DNA from: Armatimonadota bacterium
GTDB lineage: Bacteria; Armatimonadota; SYMT01
DNA length: 64,000 bases
Direction: 5' to 3'
NCBI GenBank assembly: GCA_041690135.1
Contig: JAWLHY010000005.1
Location: 211,161 to 275,160, forward strand
Positions 38,707-49,479 of this stretch are shown piece after piece. Under the pieces are notes generated by a model. The model ran no database searches and had not been told where the DNA came from. It saw only the letters and a list, made by a program, of their open reading frames with translations. The translations under genes and the position numbers were made by a program. The number at the start of each line of letters is the position of its first letter. Position 1 is the first letter of the stretch.

Positions 38707-39834
38707 CTACCGTCTTGCCGGGCGCTTCGTAGATTTTCCGAAGCGGTGGCTGTAACCAGCGAGGATGAAGTAGTCCGCGAAGGTGGCGTCTCCCTCGAAG
38801 TTGCTGAAGTCGGCCTGGCGGTTGCGCTGGGTGGCGACCGGAACCGTGATTGAGAACGTGTCGTTTCCGCGGGTGTACACGAGACCCGGCTCCACAAAAA
38901 TCGAGTATCCGGGCCGCCGCCAACCGTTGCTGTCGCCGAGCACGTCGTTGGGGGGAACGCCTTCGATCCGCCCGGCCAGGACCACGCTCAAGCCGCGCGC
39001 GGTCGGCACCGGGAGCGCTACCCCCACCCGGGCCAGGTACTGATCCGGTACCGAGTTGATCTTGAGGTGTGCCAGGTTCGCGGGAACGTTTTGTCCGAAC
39101 AGGTTCACCAGGATGGAAGGGGTCCCGTTCGTGTCCCGGGGATTCATGAGGTAGGTGCCGGAAGCGAACCAGGTGGCGGTTCCCACCTGACGGAACGCCT
39201 GGAGGTCCAGGATGATCCCCCACCCCCCGTCCCCCGGTTGGATGGAAATGTCCACCGGCTTCACCTGGGGGTTCTGGCCGGTGAGGCGGGGGAAGCGGTC
39301 CTGAGCATCGTAGTTGCCGGTGGGCGCCTTAACGCCAAGTCCGAGTGAAATATTGTGCTTCGTGTGCTTGTCGCAGTCCAGCAGCCAGTAACGGGCGGTC
39401 AGCGAGACATCTCCCAGTCCACTCGCGCTCTGTACCTGCCGGGGACCTGGCGTGGGGGCGGTAGGAAGCGGAATAGACCAGCTGCCGTAAACGAGGATCG
39501 GCACGCTTAGCGTGAGGTTGAACTGGCGGTTAACTGCGTACGTGGGAGCCAGGTCGAGGATCTGCTGTTTGTTGACCACAAACGTGCCGAGATGCTCGCG
39601 CTCCACCTGCTCCTCGGTTCCTTTGAAGTGACGATCGGAACGGAGATGGCGATAACTGGCAAAGATCTGCCACTCGCCCGGATCGAGATAGGGGCTTTGT
39701 TGGGCGCCAAGCACGGGCGCCGTCTGTCTTGCGACCACTCAGCCCTGGGCCGCAGCGGGCCGCGAGGCCGACAGACTCGCCGCGGCGAGCAAGCCGCCCA
39801 GCAACGCCTTCACCGCGTGTTCCCGGAATCGCAT
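38707..39834 (-). CDS. Secreted/outer-membrane beta-barrel-like 'transporter' with in-frame UGA at codon 32 (candidate selenoprotein)
   Basis: ORFs 39739..39930 and 38707..39738 are in one frame, separated only by TGA. SD GGGAGA precedes ATG 39834; the signal peptide ends AAA|QG; the body has GLGDVSL..RYW, GLGVKAPTG, SIQPGDGG. Confidence 0.8.
39703..39721 (-). promoter_or_regulatory. Candidate bacterial SECIS hairpin
   Basis: GGCGCC-cGUgcuu-GGCGCC at +18..+36 after the UGA; G at loop position 2 followed by U. Confidence 0.6.
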
Positions 39835-40024
39835 CAGTTGATTCTCCCGTTGTCGCACGTGCCGCCTACCCTTGCGGCGACCACGTTTACGGCAGGTTGG
39901 CTCGGGCTGGCGGCAGATCCTTGCTTGCATGGTTAAAAGGCGCTAAGTGTCGCGGCGTGGAAGGGGAACCTTAACGTCTATTAATCCGGGCGCCGCTCTT
40001 GTCGTACGAGAGCCCGCGGAACAG

Positions 40025-40079
40025 CGCAAAAATGTTTTGCGGACCCGTCTCAAACTTTTCCGGGTCCGGATGCTATAAC
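40025..40079 (+). promoter_or_regulatory. Operator-like palindrome and extended -10 upstream of the GSIII gene
   Basis: CGCAAAA-atg-TTTTGCG (40025-40041); TGcTATAAC (40071-40079). Confidence 0.5.
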
Positions 40080-40228
40080 CTAGTTTGGAACGGCGCGTCG
40101 GATGCGCGGTCGGTGTTGCCGCTGCTCGAGTCAACGGAGACTTTCTGGGGGGACGCAGGTCCCGAAGTGCCAGAAGACTGCCTGTTCCCTTCGTCTACCG
40201 TTGTCGATAGAGTTAGGATCAAATTCTC

Positions 40229-42412
40229 ATGAGTGGCAGCACGTCTCGCCTTCAGGCGATCTCCGCCGTAACGAACTACAAGCCGGTCACCTCGGCCGCC
40301 GACTTCGCGGGAATGCCGTCGGGTAAGCTGTACGGCTCCAACGTCTTCAGCATGGCGGAGATGGAGAAGCGGCTCCCCAGGGACGTTTTCAAGTCCCTCA
40401 AGCGCACGATCGAGAAGGGTGAAAAGCTCGACATCGCCGTGGCCGACAGCGTGGCGGCCGCGATGATGGCCTGGGCGATCGAGAAGGGGGCTACGCATTA
40501 CGCGCATGTGTTCTTCCCGCTGACGGGGTTGACAGCGGAGAAGCACGACAGTTTCCTCGTGCCGGACGGCCGGGGCGGTGCGCTGGCGGAGTTCTCCGGA
40601 AAGCAGTTGATCCAGGGTGAACCGGACGCTTCCAGCTTCCCCTCCGGCGGCATCCGCGCTACTTTCGAAGCCCGCGGATACACCGCCTGGGACATCACCA
40701 GCCCGGCTTACATCCTGGAGAACCCGAACGGATCCACCCTCTGTATTCCCACCGCGTTCGTATCGTGGACGGGTGAGGCGCTCGACAAGAAGACGCCGGT
40801 CCTGCGTTCGATGCAGGCCCTGAACGCCCAGGCCCAGCGGATCCTCAAGCTGTTCGGCCACACCGACGGCGCGATGGTCAGCTCGACGGCCGGCCCCGAG
40901 CAGGAGTACTTCCTGATCGACCGCAACTTCTACTTCGCGCGGCCGGACTTGCTGAACGCGGGACGCACCCTCTTCGGCGCGAAGCCGCCCAAGGGGCAGG
41001 AGTTCGAGGACCACTACTTCGGCGCCATTCCGGAGCGGGTGCTGGCTTTCATGATGGAAGTCGAGCGGGACCTCGTTAAGCTCGGCGTACCGGTGAAGAC
41101 GCGCCACAACGAAGTCGCCCCCGCCCAGTATGAGATTGCGCCGACCTTCGAAACGGCGAACGTGGCGACCGACCACCAGCAGTTGATCCAGATCACGCTG
41201 AAGCGCGTCGCCGAGAAATACGGGATGGCGTGCCTCCTGCACGAGAAGCCGTTCGCGGGCGTGAACGGATCGGGCAAGCACGTGAACTGGTCGCTCGGCA
41301 GCGCTACCCGCGGCAACCTGCTGGATCCGGGCGATAACCCGCACGATAACGCGCAGTTCCTGGTGTTCTGCGCCGCCGTGATCCGCGCGGTCCACAAGTT
41401 CGCTCCGCTGCTCCGCGCCGTGGTGGCCCATGCGGGCAACGACCACCGGCTGGGCGCCAACGAAGCGCCGCCCGCAATCATCTCGATCTTCCTCGGTGAC
41501 CAGCTGGCGGACATCTTCGAGCAAATCAAGGCGGGTGGAGCCACGAGCTCCAAGGGCAAAGGGACTCTCACCGTGGGGGTAGACGTGCTGCCGCCCCTGC
41601 CGAAGGACGCCGGCGACCGCAACCGGACCAGTCCGTTCGCCTTCACGGGCAACCGGTTCGAGTTCCGGGCCGTGGGTTCGAACCAGTCGATCGCCGGGCC
41701 GCTGGTGGCGATGAACACGATCGTCGCCGAGTCCCTCGACTACTGTGCCTCGCAATTGGAAGCCGCCACCGGTGGGGACCCGTCCAAGCTGAATGCGGCG
41801 GTTCAAGAGCTGCTGAAGAGCATCATCGACGAGCATGGCGCCGTGATCTTTAACGGCGACGGCTACTCGGAAGAGTGGCACCAGGAAGCGGAGCGTCGCG
41901 GGCTGCCTAACCTGAAGACCACGGTAGACGCCATTCCGGCGCTGACTTCGCCGGAGGCGCTCGACCTGTTCAATAAGTACTCGGTCCTCTCGCCTCGCGA
42001 ACTGGAGAGCCGCCAGGAGATCTACCTGGAGCAGTACTGCAAGACGGTCAACGTCGAGGCGCTGCTGACCCTGAAGATGGCCCGCACGATGATCTACCCG
42101 GCCGGGGCGCGCTACCTGTCGTCGCTGGCCGAGACCTACACCGGTCTGAAGGCGGCCGGGGTGGATGGGGATACCAGCACCCTGGAAGCGGTGAACGACC
42201 TGGTGAAGGGACTGCAGGCTGCCATCGCCAAGCTGGAGAGTGTGATGGGGCACAACGGCGCGGAATCGTCGCTCGACGAGGCGACGCATTTCGGGCGCGA
42301 GGTGCTGCCGGCGATGCTGGAGGTCCGGAAGTACGCCGACGCCCTGGAAGGGGTCGTGCCGGACGACTTCTGGCCGCTGCCCACCTACCAGGAAATGCTG
42401 TTCATCAAGTAG
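40229..42412 (+). CDS. glnN: Glutamine synthetase type III
   Basis: 727 aa; [58 protein letters not shown]. Confidence 0.96.
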   Translation: MSGSTSRLQAISAVTNYKPVTSAADFAGMPSGKLYGSNVFSMAEMEKRLPRDVFKSLKRTIEKGEKLDIAVADSVAAAMMAWAIEKGATHYAHVFFPLTGLTAEKHDSFLVPDGRGGALAEFSGKQLIQGEPDASSFPSGGIRATFEARGYTAWDITSPAYILENPNGSTLCIPTAFVSWTGEALDKKTPVLRSMQALNAQAQRILKLFGHTDGAMVSSTAGPEQEYFLIDRNFYFARPDLLNAGRTLFGAKPPKGQEFEDHYFGAIPERVLAFMMEVERDLVKLGVPVKTRHNEVAPAQYEIAPTFETANVATDHQQLIQITLKRVAEKYGMACLLHEKPFAGVNGSGKHVNWSLGSATRGNLLDPGDNPHDNAQFLVFCAAVIRAVHKFAPLLRAVVAHAGNDHRLGANEAPPAIISIFLGDQLADIFEQIKAGGATSSKGKGTLTVGVDVLPPLPKDAGDRNRTSPFAFTGNRFEFRAVGSNQSIAGPLVAMNTIVAESLDYCASQLEAATGGDPSKLNAAVQELLKSIIDEHGAVIFNGDGYSEEWHQEAERRGLPNLKTTVDAIPALTSPEALDLFNKYSVLSPRELESRQEIYLEQYCKTVNVEALLTLKMARTMIYPAGARYLSSLAETYTGLKAAGVDGDTSTLEAVNDLVKGLQAAIAKLESVMGHNGAESSLDEATHFGREVLPAMLEVRKYADALEGVVPDDFWPLPTYQEMLFIK

Positions 42413-42448
42413 GCTCCGGAGTCGTATACATCCGTAGTGGAGTCACCG

Positions 42449-42477
42449 CCGGGGCGCCCGAATGGGCGCCCCGGTTT
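42449..42477 (+). terminator. Intrinsic terminator after the GSIII gene
   Basis: CCGGGGCGCCC-gaat-GGGCGCCCCGG-ttt. Confidence 0.75.
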
Positions 42478-42562
42478 GCTGTGACCCGCTCATGAAGACC
42501 CCTCACGGTGATGGAAGTGCGATACGCTGGTTAACTGGGGAGCAGTCCCCGCAGGAGGCAGG

Positions 42563-44038
42563 ATGGTAACGATCCGCGAACAGCTCGAAACCCGCGAAAG
42601 CCCGTCGACCCACCAGAAGGCGCTCGACATCAACCTCGACCCGGCCAAGTACGGCACGTTTGCCGAAATCGGCGCCGGACAGGAAGTGGTCCGGTGGTTC
42701 TTCCGGGCCGGAGCCGCCGCGGGCACCATCGCCAAGAGCATCTCGGCGTACGACATGACGGTGAGCGACGCCATCTACGGCCCCTCGGAGCGGTACGTCT
42801 CCGCCGAGCGGCTGCAGAAGATGCTCGATTACGAGTACGCGCTGGAGTGCGAGCGTTTGCAGGAGAAGCGTGGCTCCAGTACGGAGTTTTTCGTTTTTGC
42901 GGACACCGTCAAAGCGCAGAGTTTTCTCGGCACTAACGAATGCCACGGCTGGATGGGAATCAAGTACCAGACGGCCCCTAACTCCCCCACCAGCCAGATC
43001 GTGATCCACGTGCGGATGCTCGATAAGGAGGCGGTGCAGCAGCAGGAAGCACTCGGCATCATCGGCGTGAACCTGGTATACGGCGCGTTCTACCTCCATC
43101 ACGATCCCGAGCAGTTGATGGAGTCGCTCCTGGACGGCCTCACCCCGGAGCGGATCGAAGTGGATATGATCCGGTTCTCGGGTCTGGGATTTGAGAACGT
43201 CGACCACCGCCTGATGAGCCTGAAGCTCGTCCACAAGGGGCTGAGTGACGCGGCGATGTTTTCCGCCTCGGGAGAGGTGCTCCAGCCCTCGGAAGTGCTC
43301 TACAAAAAGGCGCTCCTGGTGGAGCGGGGCAGCTTCCGGCCGGTTACCCACGTTAACGTGGACATGCTCGAATCGGCGCGGATGCAATTTCTCCGGGAGC
43401 CGAAGGTCCAGGGCGAAGAGGTGGTCGTGCTGATGGAGCTGACCATGCGGAACCTTCTGGCCCAGGGCGAGCTGGACTACGACGATTTCCTCGCGCGGGC
43501 AGAGGTGCTGGCGGCCACCGGCGCCACCGTCTTGATCTCCGATTTTGCGGAGTACTACCGGCTGGCGGCTTACCTCCACCGGTACACGCACAAGATGATC
43601 GGGATCGTGATGGGGATTCCCAGCCTGATCGCCCTGTGCGACGACCAGTACTACGGCGAACTCGAAGGCGGGATCCTGGAGTCGTTCGGTCGCCTCTTCA
43701 AGCACGACCTGAAGCTGTACGCCTATCCCTGGCTGAACCAGAAGACCGGCGAGTTGGTGACGGTTCAAAAGCTGCGTGCCGCCCCCCACCTGCGGCACCT
43801 GTACGAACACCTGGTGGAGAACCGGTGCATCGAGTCGCTGGACTTCTACAACCGCGACTACCTCCACATCTTCTCGCGGGACGTGCTGTGCCTGATCCGG
43901 GACGGCGATCCCCGTTGGGAAACGATGGTCCCCGCGCCCGTGGCCGAGCGGATCAAGCAGAAGGGCTTCTTCGGTTACGGAACTTCACCACGGAGTCACG
44001 GAGACACGGAGAAGATCACGGAGAGATTGGAAAGGTAA
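42563..44038 (+). CDS. Nucleotidyltransferase-like (NadD-related) conserved protein
   Basis: KALDINLD..YGTFAEIGAGQEV N-terminus; RGSFRPVTHVN resembles a degenerate HIGH-type motif; cytoplasmic, no barrel. Confidence 0.7.
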   Translation: MVTIREQLETRESPSTHQKALDINLDPAKYGTFAEIGAGQEVVRWFFRAGAAAGTIAKSISAYDMTVSDAIYGPSERYVSAERLQKMLDYEYALECERLQEKRGSSTEFFVFADTVKAQSFLGTNECHGWMGIKYQTAPNSPTSQIVIHVRMLDKEAVQQQEALGIIGVNLVYGAFYLHHDPEQLMESLLDGLTPERIEVDMIRFSGLGFENVDHRLMSLKLVHKGLSDAAMFSASGEVLQPSEVLYKKALLVERGSFRPVTHVNVDMLESARMQFLREPKVQGEEVVVLMELTMRNLLAQGELDYDDFLARAEVLAATGATVLISDFAEYYRLAAYLHRYTHKMIGIVMGIPSLIALCDDQYYGELEGGILESFGRLFKHDLKLYAYPWLNQKTGELVTVQKLRAAPHLRHLYEHLVENRCIESLDFYNRDYLHIFSRDVLCLIRDGDPRWETMVPAPVAERIKQKGFFGYGTSPRSHGDTEKITERLER

Positions 44039-44104
44039 CCTTCGGGGCTCCGTGTGGAAGCCTCCCCCGTGTGGAGCGACGCCAATCTCAAGTTCCGGGG
44101 CGGG

Positions 44105-44498
44105 TCACCTGTCCGAGATCCTAGCGTGGGTGGATTGAATTCGGATCGTCAGCTCGCTCAGGTTGTGCGTCCAGAAGAGAGTCAGGCCGCGGGCCTGGGC
44201 ATCCTCCAGGTTGTGGAGTTTGTAAACGCCGCTGAGGACGGCGGCCGGCACTACCTGCCGCCGTCCGAAGTCGGTGCGCCACGTTTCCGCTTTGGCCGCG
44301 GCGTCGTTGTTGAGGCGCTTGACGGAGTGGATCGCCGAGTTGGAGACTTTGCACTCGACCGGCATGACCCGGTCGTCCCAGAGGCGAATGAGGAAGTCCG
44401 CCTTTCGGGTTCCCAGGATGCTCTCCCCACAGAACTCTCCCCTACCTCCGCAGTTCACTGCGGAGCTGTTCGGTGCTCCAACGCGGCGGATCGATCAT
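44105..44498 (-). pseudogene. XamI-family restriction endonuclease remnant with internal deletion
   Basis: N-terminus MIDPPRWSTEQL is joined out of frame to the C-terminal GESILGTRKADF..PVECKVSNSAIHSVKRLNNDAAAKA. Confidence 0.75.
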
Positions 44499-44707
44499 AC
44501 GTCCCCTCGTTCCAGTACCCTCCGGAGCGGGAACCAGGAGGCGTTCCACTTCGCGAGGTTCGAACTTCGTGATTCCGTCGGCGTAGGTGCGGCCGGACGC
44601 CTGTGAGGGTAGTCCGGGTGAGATAGGCGGCCAGGTTTCGCAGGGCACGCTCGCTCAACGGCTCCCGGGGATAGAGGCCGTGGGCGATATTGATGTGGCG
44701 GGCATCC
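44499..44707 (-). pseudogene. C-terminal remnant of the cognate DNA methyltransferase, frameshifted
   Basis: ARHINIAHGLYPREPL in one frame, GRTYADGITKFEPREVERLLVP in another. Confidence 0.7.
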
Positions 44708-45067
44708 GAAGCCCCTCGGGGCCTTCGGCCGCGAGTCGGGTCAAATAGGACCAGTGCCGTTCCGATTCCATCCGCTCGCGGCGAAGGGTGTGCGTCCCTT
44801 CCGGTCGATCCAGTTCGTCAAGGTTCGCCACCCGTCGCAGCCAGAAGGTGGTGGGATGTGAGGCGGGCAGCTGTATGGCCCATCGGACGCGATGTCGCGA
44901 AGACGCATTGTGCCAGGACCTCCGGCCATAGCCTCTCTACATCCCAAACGGGCCGACGGTTGCCCTGTTGAGGATGCCGACCGGGAGCCGCTTTCAGTCC
45001 CCCATCTCCCGGAAGAGCAGCCGCGGGGTCGATCTCGTAGAGGGCCGATGTTGGCCCCTCTGTCCTG

Positions 45068-46495
45068 TTAAAACTGAAGTTGGTCGGATCGAACCACGTT
45101 ATTCGACTCGTCCCCTTCCGGAACACGGTTGGTGGAGTCGATAACGGCGAACAGGAAGTGGTCAACCAGCGGTTTACGGGTCGCGTAACGAAAGCGCAGA
45201 ACACGCTCACTCTTGGGCTTGATAGGCGGGACGACTAGCTTTCGCACCCGTTTGTCTCCAGCGTCGAAAACCGGATCATCCGAAAGCCAGATCTCAATAT
45301 GGAATTTCGGCAACTGCTCGGCGGAGAGGTTTCCGACCCGAAACTCTGGATTAACCCGGTAAACCTTTCCCGCGCGCCAACTGTTGTAGAGTCCCCATCT
45401 AAGACCAATATCAGCGCTCGTCGTGGGAGAAACCAGGTAAGCTTGAACGTACCCCGCAAGTGACCAATCCGTATTCACCGCGATCTGACGGTGGTTATTG
45501 ATTCCCACGGCGTCACCATAGCTCCCTTTCCCGTGGGGGTAGGCTATTGCATTGAGATGTGCCGCGAAGTCCCCCTTCTGAACATATGCTCTTGGATAAG
45601 AATTGACACCGTCTCGGTACCACTCCTTTCCGACGATGGTACCCGCATCGTTGATTGCGTGAGCTTCAGAACCACTGCTGTTTCGGAAGGGATCCTCAAG
45701 GACTCCATTGATCCACCGAAACGATCTCGTGTTCCCCTTACCCACCACGACCCCGGCCTCGTTGACGTCGTAGGCGATCTGTCCCCAGAGCGAACCCTGA
45801 GGATCCAGGATGATGGGGTGGTCACCCGGCCGCCAGATCATTCCGCGGTTAGAGGCGTAGGCACCGTAGGGCTCGCCCATCCCCACAGCCACGCCTGCTT
45901 CATTGAGAGCAAGCGCCGCGGTGCCACCGAAGAGTATGGACGGGGGCGCGATCTCCGCGTCTCCGGGGTCCCAGCGGACCGATTGCCGGGAGTTCGGTGC
46001 CGTGTGCAGGCTTCCCACGATCGTCCCGGCATCATTCAAATCATAGGCAATGCCTCCCGTGTAGCCGGGCCGCAACGGCAGAACCATCATGGTTCCTTCT
46101 TGCCAGAGAAACGGAACGTTAATTCCTTCGGCCGTTTCCGTCGAGCCTACGATCTGGCTGTTGTTATTGATGCCGAAGGCCCAACTGGAGCCGCCCCCCG
46201 GCGTTCCCAGGTCCACGGCTTTGCCGTTTCGCCAGAGTACGGCATGGGTAGCTCCGTCCGCGGACTCTCCCCACCCTACCGCCTCGCCTTTGTCGTTGAT
46301 ATCTTCTACATGCGTGTCCATTCCGCCGATAGACGGAAGTGGGAAGCCAATGTATTCATGCACGGGGAACGGAGCTGGTACCGGTCGCCCGGCTACCGGA
46401 CCGCTGGGCAGGAGGACCGTCGCTCCCACTAGTGTCAGGCTCACCGCCAGTCTCACCGCGGTCCGCACATTCGATGCCCGATCCGAGCAAAACAT
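45068..46495 (-). CDS. Secreted HAF-repeat protein with C-terminal CARDB-like domain
   Basis: Repeats A..IN..G.IVG, HAVLW..G...DLGT; C-terminal VIDSTNRVPEGDESNN. Confidence 0.82.
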   Translation of the reverse strand: MFCSDRASNVRTAVRLAVSLTLVGATVLLPSGPVAGRPVPAPFPVHEYIGFPLPSIGGMDTHVEDINDKGEAVGWGESADGATHAVLWRNGKAVDLGTPGGGSSWAFGINNNSQIVGSTETAEGINVPFLWQEGTMMVLPLRPGYTGGIAYDLNDAGTIVGSLHTAPNSRQSVRWDPGDAEIAPPSILFGGTAALALNEAGVAVGMGEPYGAYASNRGMIWRPGDHPIILDPQGSLWGQIAYDVNEAGVVVGKGNTRSFRWINGVLEDPFRNSSGSEAHAINDAGTIVGKEWYRDGVNSYPRAYVQKGDFAAHLNAIAYPHGKGSYGDAVGINNHRQIAVNTDWSLAGYVQAYLVSPTTSADIGLRWGLYNSWRAGKVYRVNPEFRVGNLSAEQLPKFHIEIWLSDDPVFDAGDKRVRKLVVPPIKPKSERVLRFRYATRKPLVDHFLFAVIDSTNRVPEGDESNNVVRSDQLQF

Positions 46496-46988
46496 GCATT
46501 CCTCTTTCTACGCCCGCGAACGTCAAGCTCACTACCGCCAATCGGCCGCGCTCCGGTGATGATAGGAGCTAACAGCACCCACCTCCTGAAGTCGATCCGC
46601 CCCATCGATCTCAACGGTGGTCTGCACCTCGAGTAGCCGGGCCTTTCCCTGACGGGGCTAATTTACAGCAGGTCCCAAGAGAATTCCTCGCGCCTACTTT
46701 AAAACGCCTGAGGGTAGATCACTACGAAGTCGAAGCCTACTACCACGCCGGTGAACTCGCGGCGGCCGGATACCAGATGACTTTGGAAAAGCGTCCGGAC
46801 GGATGGGAGGTAGTTCAGGACGGCATGGCGTGGATATCCTGAAGTCGCGCTTCCACTCCGTTGCGCACGCTGATACTTGAACGTGAGCTGCCACCCTGCA
46901 GATCGTGGCAACCCCCCTGGTGAAAGGGAAGTTCCTCCGGACAGGGGCCAGTCCGTTCTGAAGTCCGAGTCCAATCATCCTGAGTGCC

Positions 46989-47016
46989 GAAGCCCCGGAC
47001 GGGTGCCCGGGGCTTC
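46989..47016 (-). terminator. Probable terminator after glnA
   Basis: GAAGCCCCGG...CCGGGGCTTC inverted repeat. Confidence 0.6.
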
Positions 47017-47048
47017 ATGGTGATGGGTGCCGGATGAGCGGCTCCCGA

Positions 47049-48473
47049 TTAGATGTCGAAGTAGAGGTAGAACTCGTACGGGTGCGGCCGCAGGTTGACC
47101 TGCTCCAGTTCCCGGCTCCGCTTGTAGTCGATCCAGGTCTCGATCACGTCTTCGGTAAAGACGCCGCCCTTGAGGAGGAAGGCGTGATCCGCTTCCAGGG
47201 CACTGAGTACCTCGGCAAGGCTGCCGGGAGTCTGCTTGATCTCGCGCTTCTCGGTGGCTTCGAGATCGTAGAGGTCCTTGTCGACCGGGGCGGGCGGCAT
47301 GATCCGGTTCTGGATGCCGTCCAGGCCGGCCATCATCATGGCGGAGAAGGCCAGGTACGGGTTGCAGCTCGGGTCCGGGCAGCGGAATTCGATGCGCTTG
47401 GCCTTCGGGCTGTTGCTGTACATCGGGATGCGGACGCAGGCGCTGCGGTTCCGCTGGCTGTACATCAGGTTCACCGGGGCCTCATAACCGGGCACCAGGC
47501 GACGGTAGCTGTTGGTGGTGGGGTTCGTAAAGGCGAGCAGCGCCGGGGCGTGCTTCAGCAGGCCGCCGATGTAGTAGATCGCCATCTCGCTGAGGCCGGC
47601 GTACCCCGCCTCATCGAAGAACAGTGGCTGGCCCCCCTTCCAGAGGCTCTGGTGGCAGTGCATGCCGGAGCCGTTGTCCTGGAAGACGGGCTTCGGCATG
47701 AAGGTGACCGTCTTGCCGTTGCGGCGCGCCACGTTCTTGATGGCGTACTTGTACTTCATCAACGTGTCGGCCATGGTGACGAGCGGCGCGAAACGGAGGT
47801 CGATCTCGCACTGGCCCGCGGTGGCCACCTCGTGGTGATGCAGCTCCACGCGCATCCCCATGTCCTTCATCGTCAGGATCATCTCGCTGCGCATGTCCTG
47901 GAACTGGTCCATGGGGGGGCAGGGGAAGTATCCTTCCTTAGGGCGGATCTTGTAGGCCAGGTTGCCGCCGGGCTCGACGCGGCCGGTGTTCCACGCCGCC
48001 TCGCTGCTGTCCAGGAAGTAGTAGCCGCTGTGGCTGTTCTGGTCGAAGCGGGCATCGTCGAAGATGAAGAACTCCGCTTCCGGCCCAAAGAAGCAGGTGT
48101 CCGCGATCCCGGTCTGCTTCAGGTAGGCTTCCGCCTTCTTGGCGATGTTGCGGGGGTCGCGCGAGTAATCTTCGTGGGTCAGCGGGTCCTTGACGTCGCA
48201 GATCAGGTTAAGGGTGGGATGCTTGGTGAAGGGATCGACGAAGGCCGTGGTGGGATCCGGGAAGAGGAGCATGTCCGATTCCTGGATCTGCTGGAACCCA
48301 CGGATGCTGGAGCCGTCGAACCCGAGGCCGTCTTCGAACGCACCTTCGGTGAATTCTTCCGCGGGCATCGAAAAGTGCTGCCACACGCCCGGCATGTCGA
48401 TGAACCGCACGTCGACGATCTGGATGCCCTGGTCCTTGATGAGACCCAGGACGTCTGCAGGTGTCTTGCTCAC
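47049..48473 (-). CDS. glnA: Glutamine synthetase type I
   Basis: [47 protein letters not shown]; GTG start after AGGAGG. Confidence 0.97.
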   Translation of the reverse strand: MSKTPADVLGLIKDQGIQIVDVRFIDMPGVWQHFSMPAEEFTEGAFEDGLGFDGSSIRGFQQIQESDMLLFPDPTTAFVDPFTKHPTLNLICDVKDPLTHEDYSRDPRNIAKKAEAYLKQTGIADTCFFGPEAEFFIFDDARFDQNSHSGYYFLDSSEAAWNTGRVEPGGNLAYKIRPKEGYFPCPPMDQFQDMRSEMILTMKDMGMRVELHHHEVATAGQCEIDLRFAPLVTMADTLMKYKYAIKNVARRNGKTVTFMPKPVFQDNGSGMHCHQSLWKGGQPLFFDEAGYAGLSEMAIYYIGGLLKHAPALLAFTNPTTNSYRRLVPGYEAPVNLMYSQRNRSACVRIPMYSNSPKAKRIEFRCPDPSCNPYLAFSAMMMAGLDGIQNRIMPPAPVDKDLYDLEATEKREIKQTPGSLAEVLSALEADHAFLLKGGVFTEDVIETWIDYKRSRELEQVNLRPHPYEFYLYFDI

Positions 48474-48615
48474 TCGGTGTTCCTCCTTGAAGACCTGAGG
48501 GAATGTGCTGCCGCGCCTCATGCGAGGCCGCTCTCCAGTTTAAAAGCCCCATGTTTCCTCGCAGTATCCCAATTGTTAAATCTATGTTTCTAATCAGTAT
48601 AATTCGTGCTTAGTT

Positions 48616-49479
48616 ATGGATAAGCTTCCTGAGAAAACCGAGCGCAAGAGCCCGTTGAACGGGTTGGACGTGCGAGCGTGGATGCGGTTCACGCGGAGCT
48701 GGTTCGTCTACAATCCCCCGCCCCGCAAGCGGGACCAGCTTCAACACCCGGCGAAATACCCGGAGGCGGTGGCGCAGTCTTCCATCGAGTTCTTCACGGC
48801 GCGGGGTGAACGGGTGCTCGACCCGTTCGCGGGGGTCGGAAGCACGCTGGCGGCGGCGGCGGCCTGCGGGCGCTCCGCGGTGGGGGTTGAGCTTTCTCCC
48901 GATTTCCACGCTCTGGCGGCGGCGCGGCCGGACCTGGGTGATGAGAGCCGGATGCTGCTGGGCGATGCTCGAAACGCCGTTGAACTTCTGCGGGAAGCCG
49001 GTATGCCGCAGGTGCAGTACATCGTGACTTCTCCCCCCTACTGGGATATGCTGCGCCAGGCGCGCGGCAACGTGGAGAGTGTGCAGAAGAAGCGCGGTCG
49101 AAGCGGTCTGAAGACGGCGTATTCAGAGCATCCCGATGACCTGGGCAACCTGGCGGATTACGAGGGCTTTCTGGACGAACTGGCGGGTATCTTCCGCGAC
49201 CTGCGCTCCGTGCTCGCGCCGCGGAGGTACTTAACGGTCATCATCCAGAACGTGCGCGTACCGGGCGGCGAGGTAAAGCCGCTGGCATGGGACCTGACGC
49301 GGCGGCTGGCGGAGGATTACACCTTCAAGGGGGAACGCATCTGGGTCCAGGACAACAAGCCGCTCGGCTGTTGGGGCTGGCCCACCGAGTTGGTGACCAA
49401 CGTGCACCACCATTACTGCCTGAACTTCAAAAACGATAAGTCGGTCGAGAGCGCAACATCGACGACATTGCCGGGTTGA
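48616..49479 (+). CDS. Orphan DNA amino-methyltransferase (N4-C/N6-A type)
   Basis: HPAKYP, VLDPFAGVGST (motif I), TSPPYW (motif IV). Confidence 0.82.
   Translation: MDKLPEKTERKSPLNGLDVRAWMRFTRSWFVYNPPPRKRDQLQHPAKYPEAVAQSSIEFFTARGERVLDPFAGVGSTLAAAAACGRSAVGVELSPDFHALAAARPDLGDESRMLLGDARNAVELLREAGMPQVQYIVTSPPYWDMLRQARGNVESVQKKRGRSGLKTAYSEHPDDLGNLADYEGFLDELAGIFRDLRSVLAPRRYLTVIIQNVRVPGGEVKPLAWDLTRRLAEDYTFKGERIWVQDNKPLGCWGWPTELVTNVHHHYCLNFKNDKSVESATSTTLPG

Noticed and set aside
42563-44038. TonB-dependent receptor label often given to this family
   Set aside because: It has no signal peptide and no beta-barrel pattern; it looks like a cytoplasmic alpha/beta protein.
44740-45060. Short ORFs here and at 19450-19930 and 46690-46980
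   Set aside because: No motif or start signal I can support; they may be decayed fragments.
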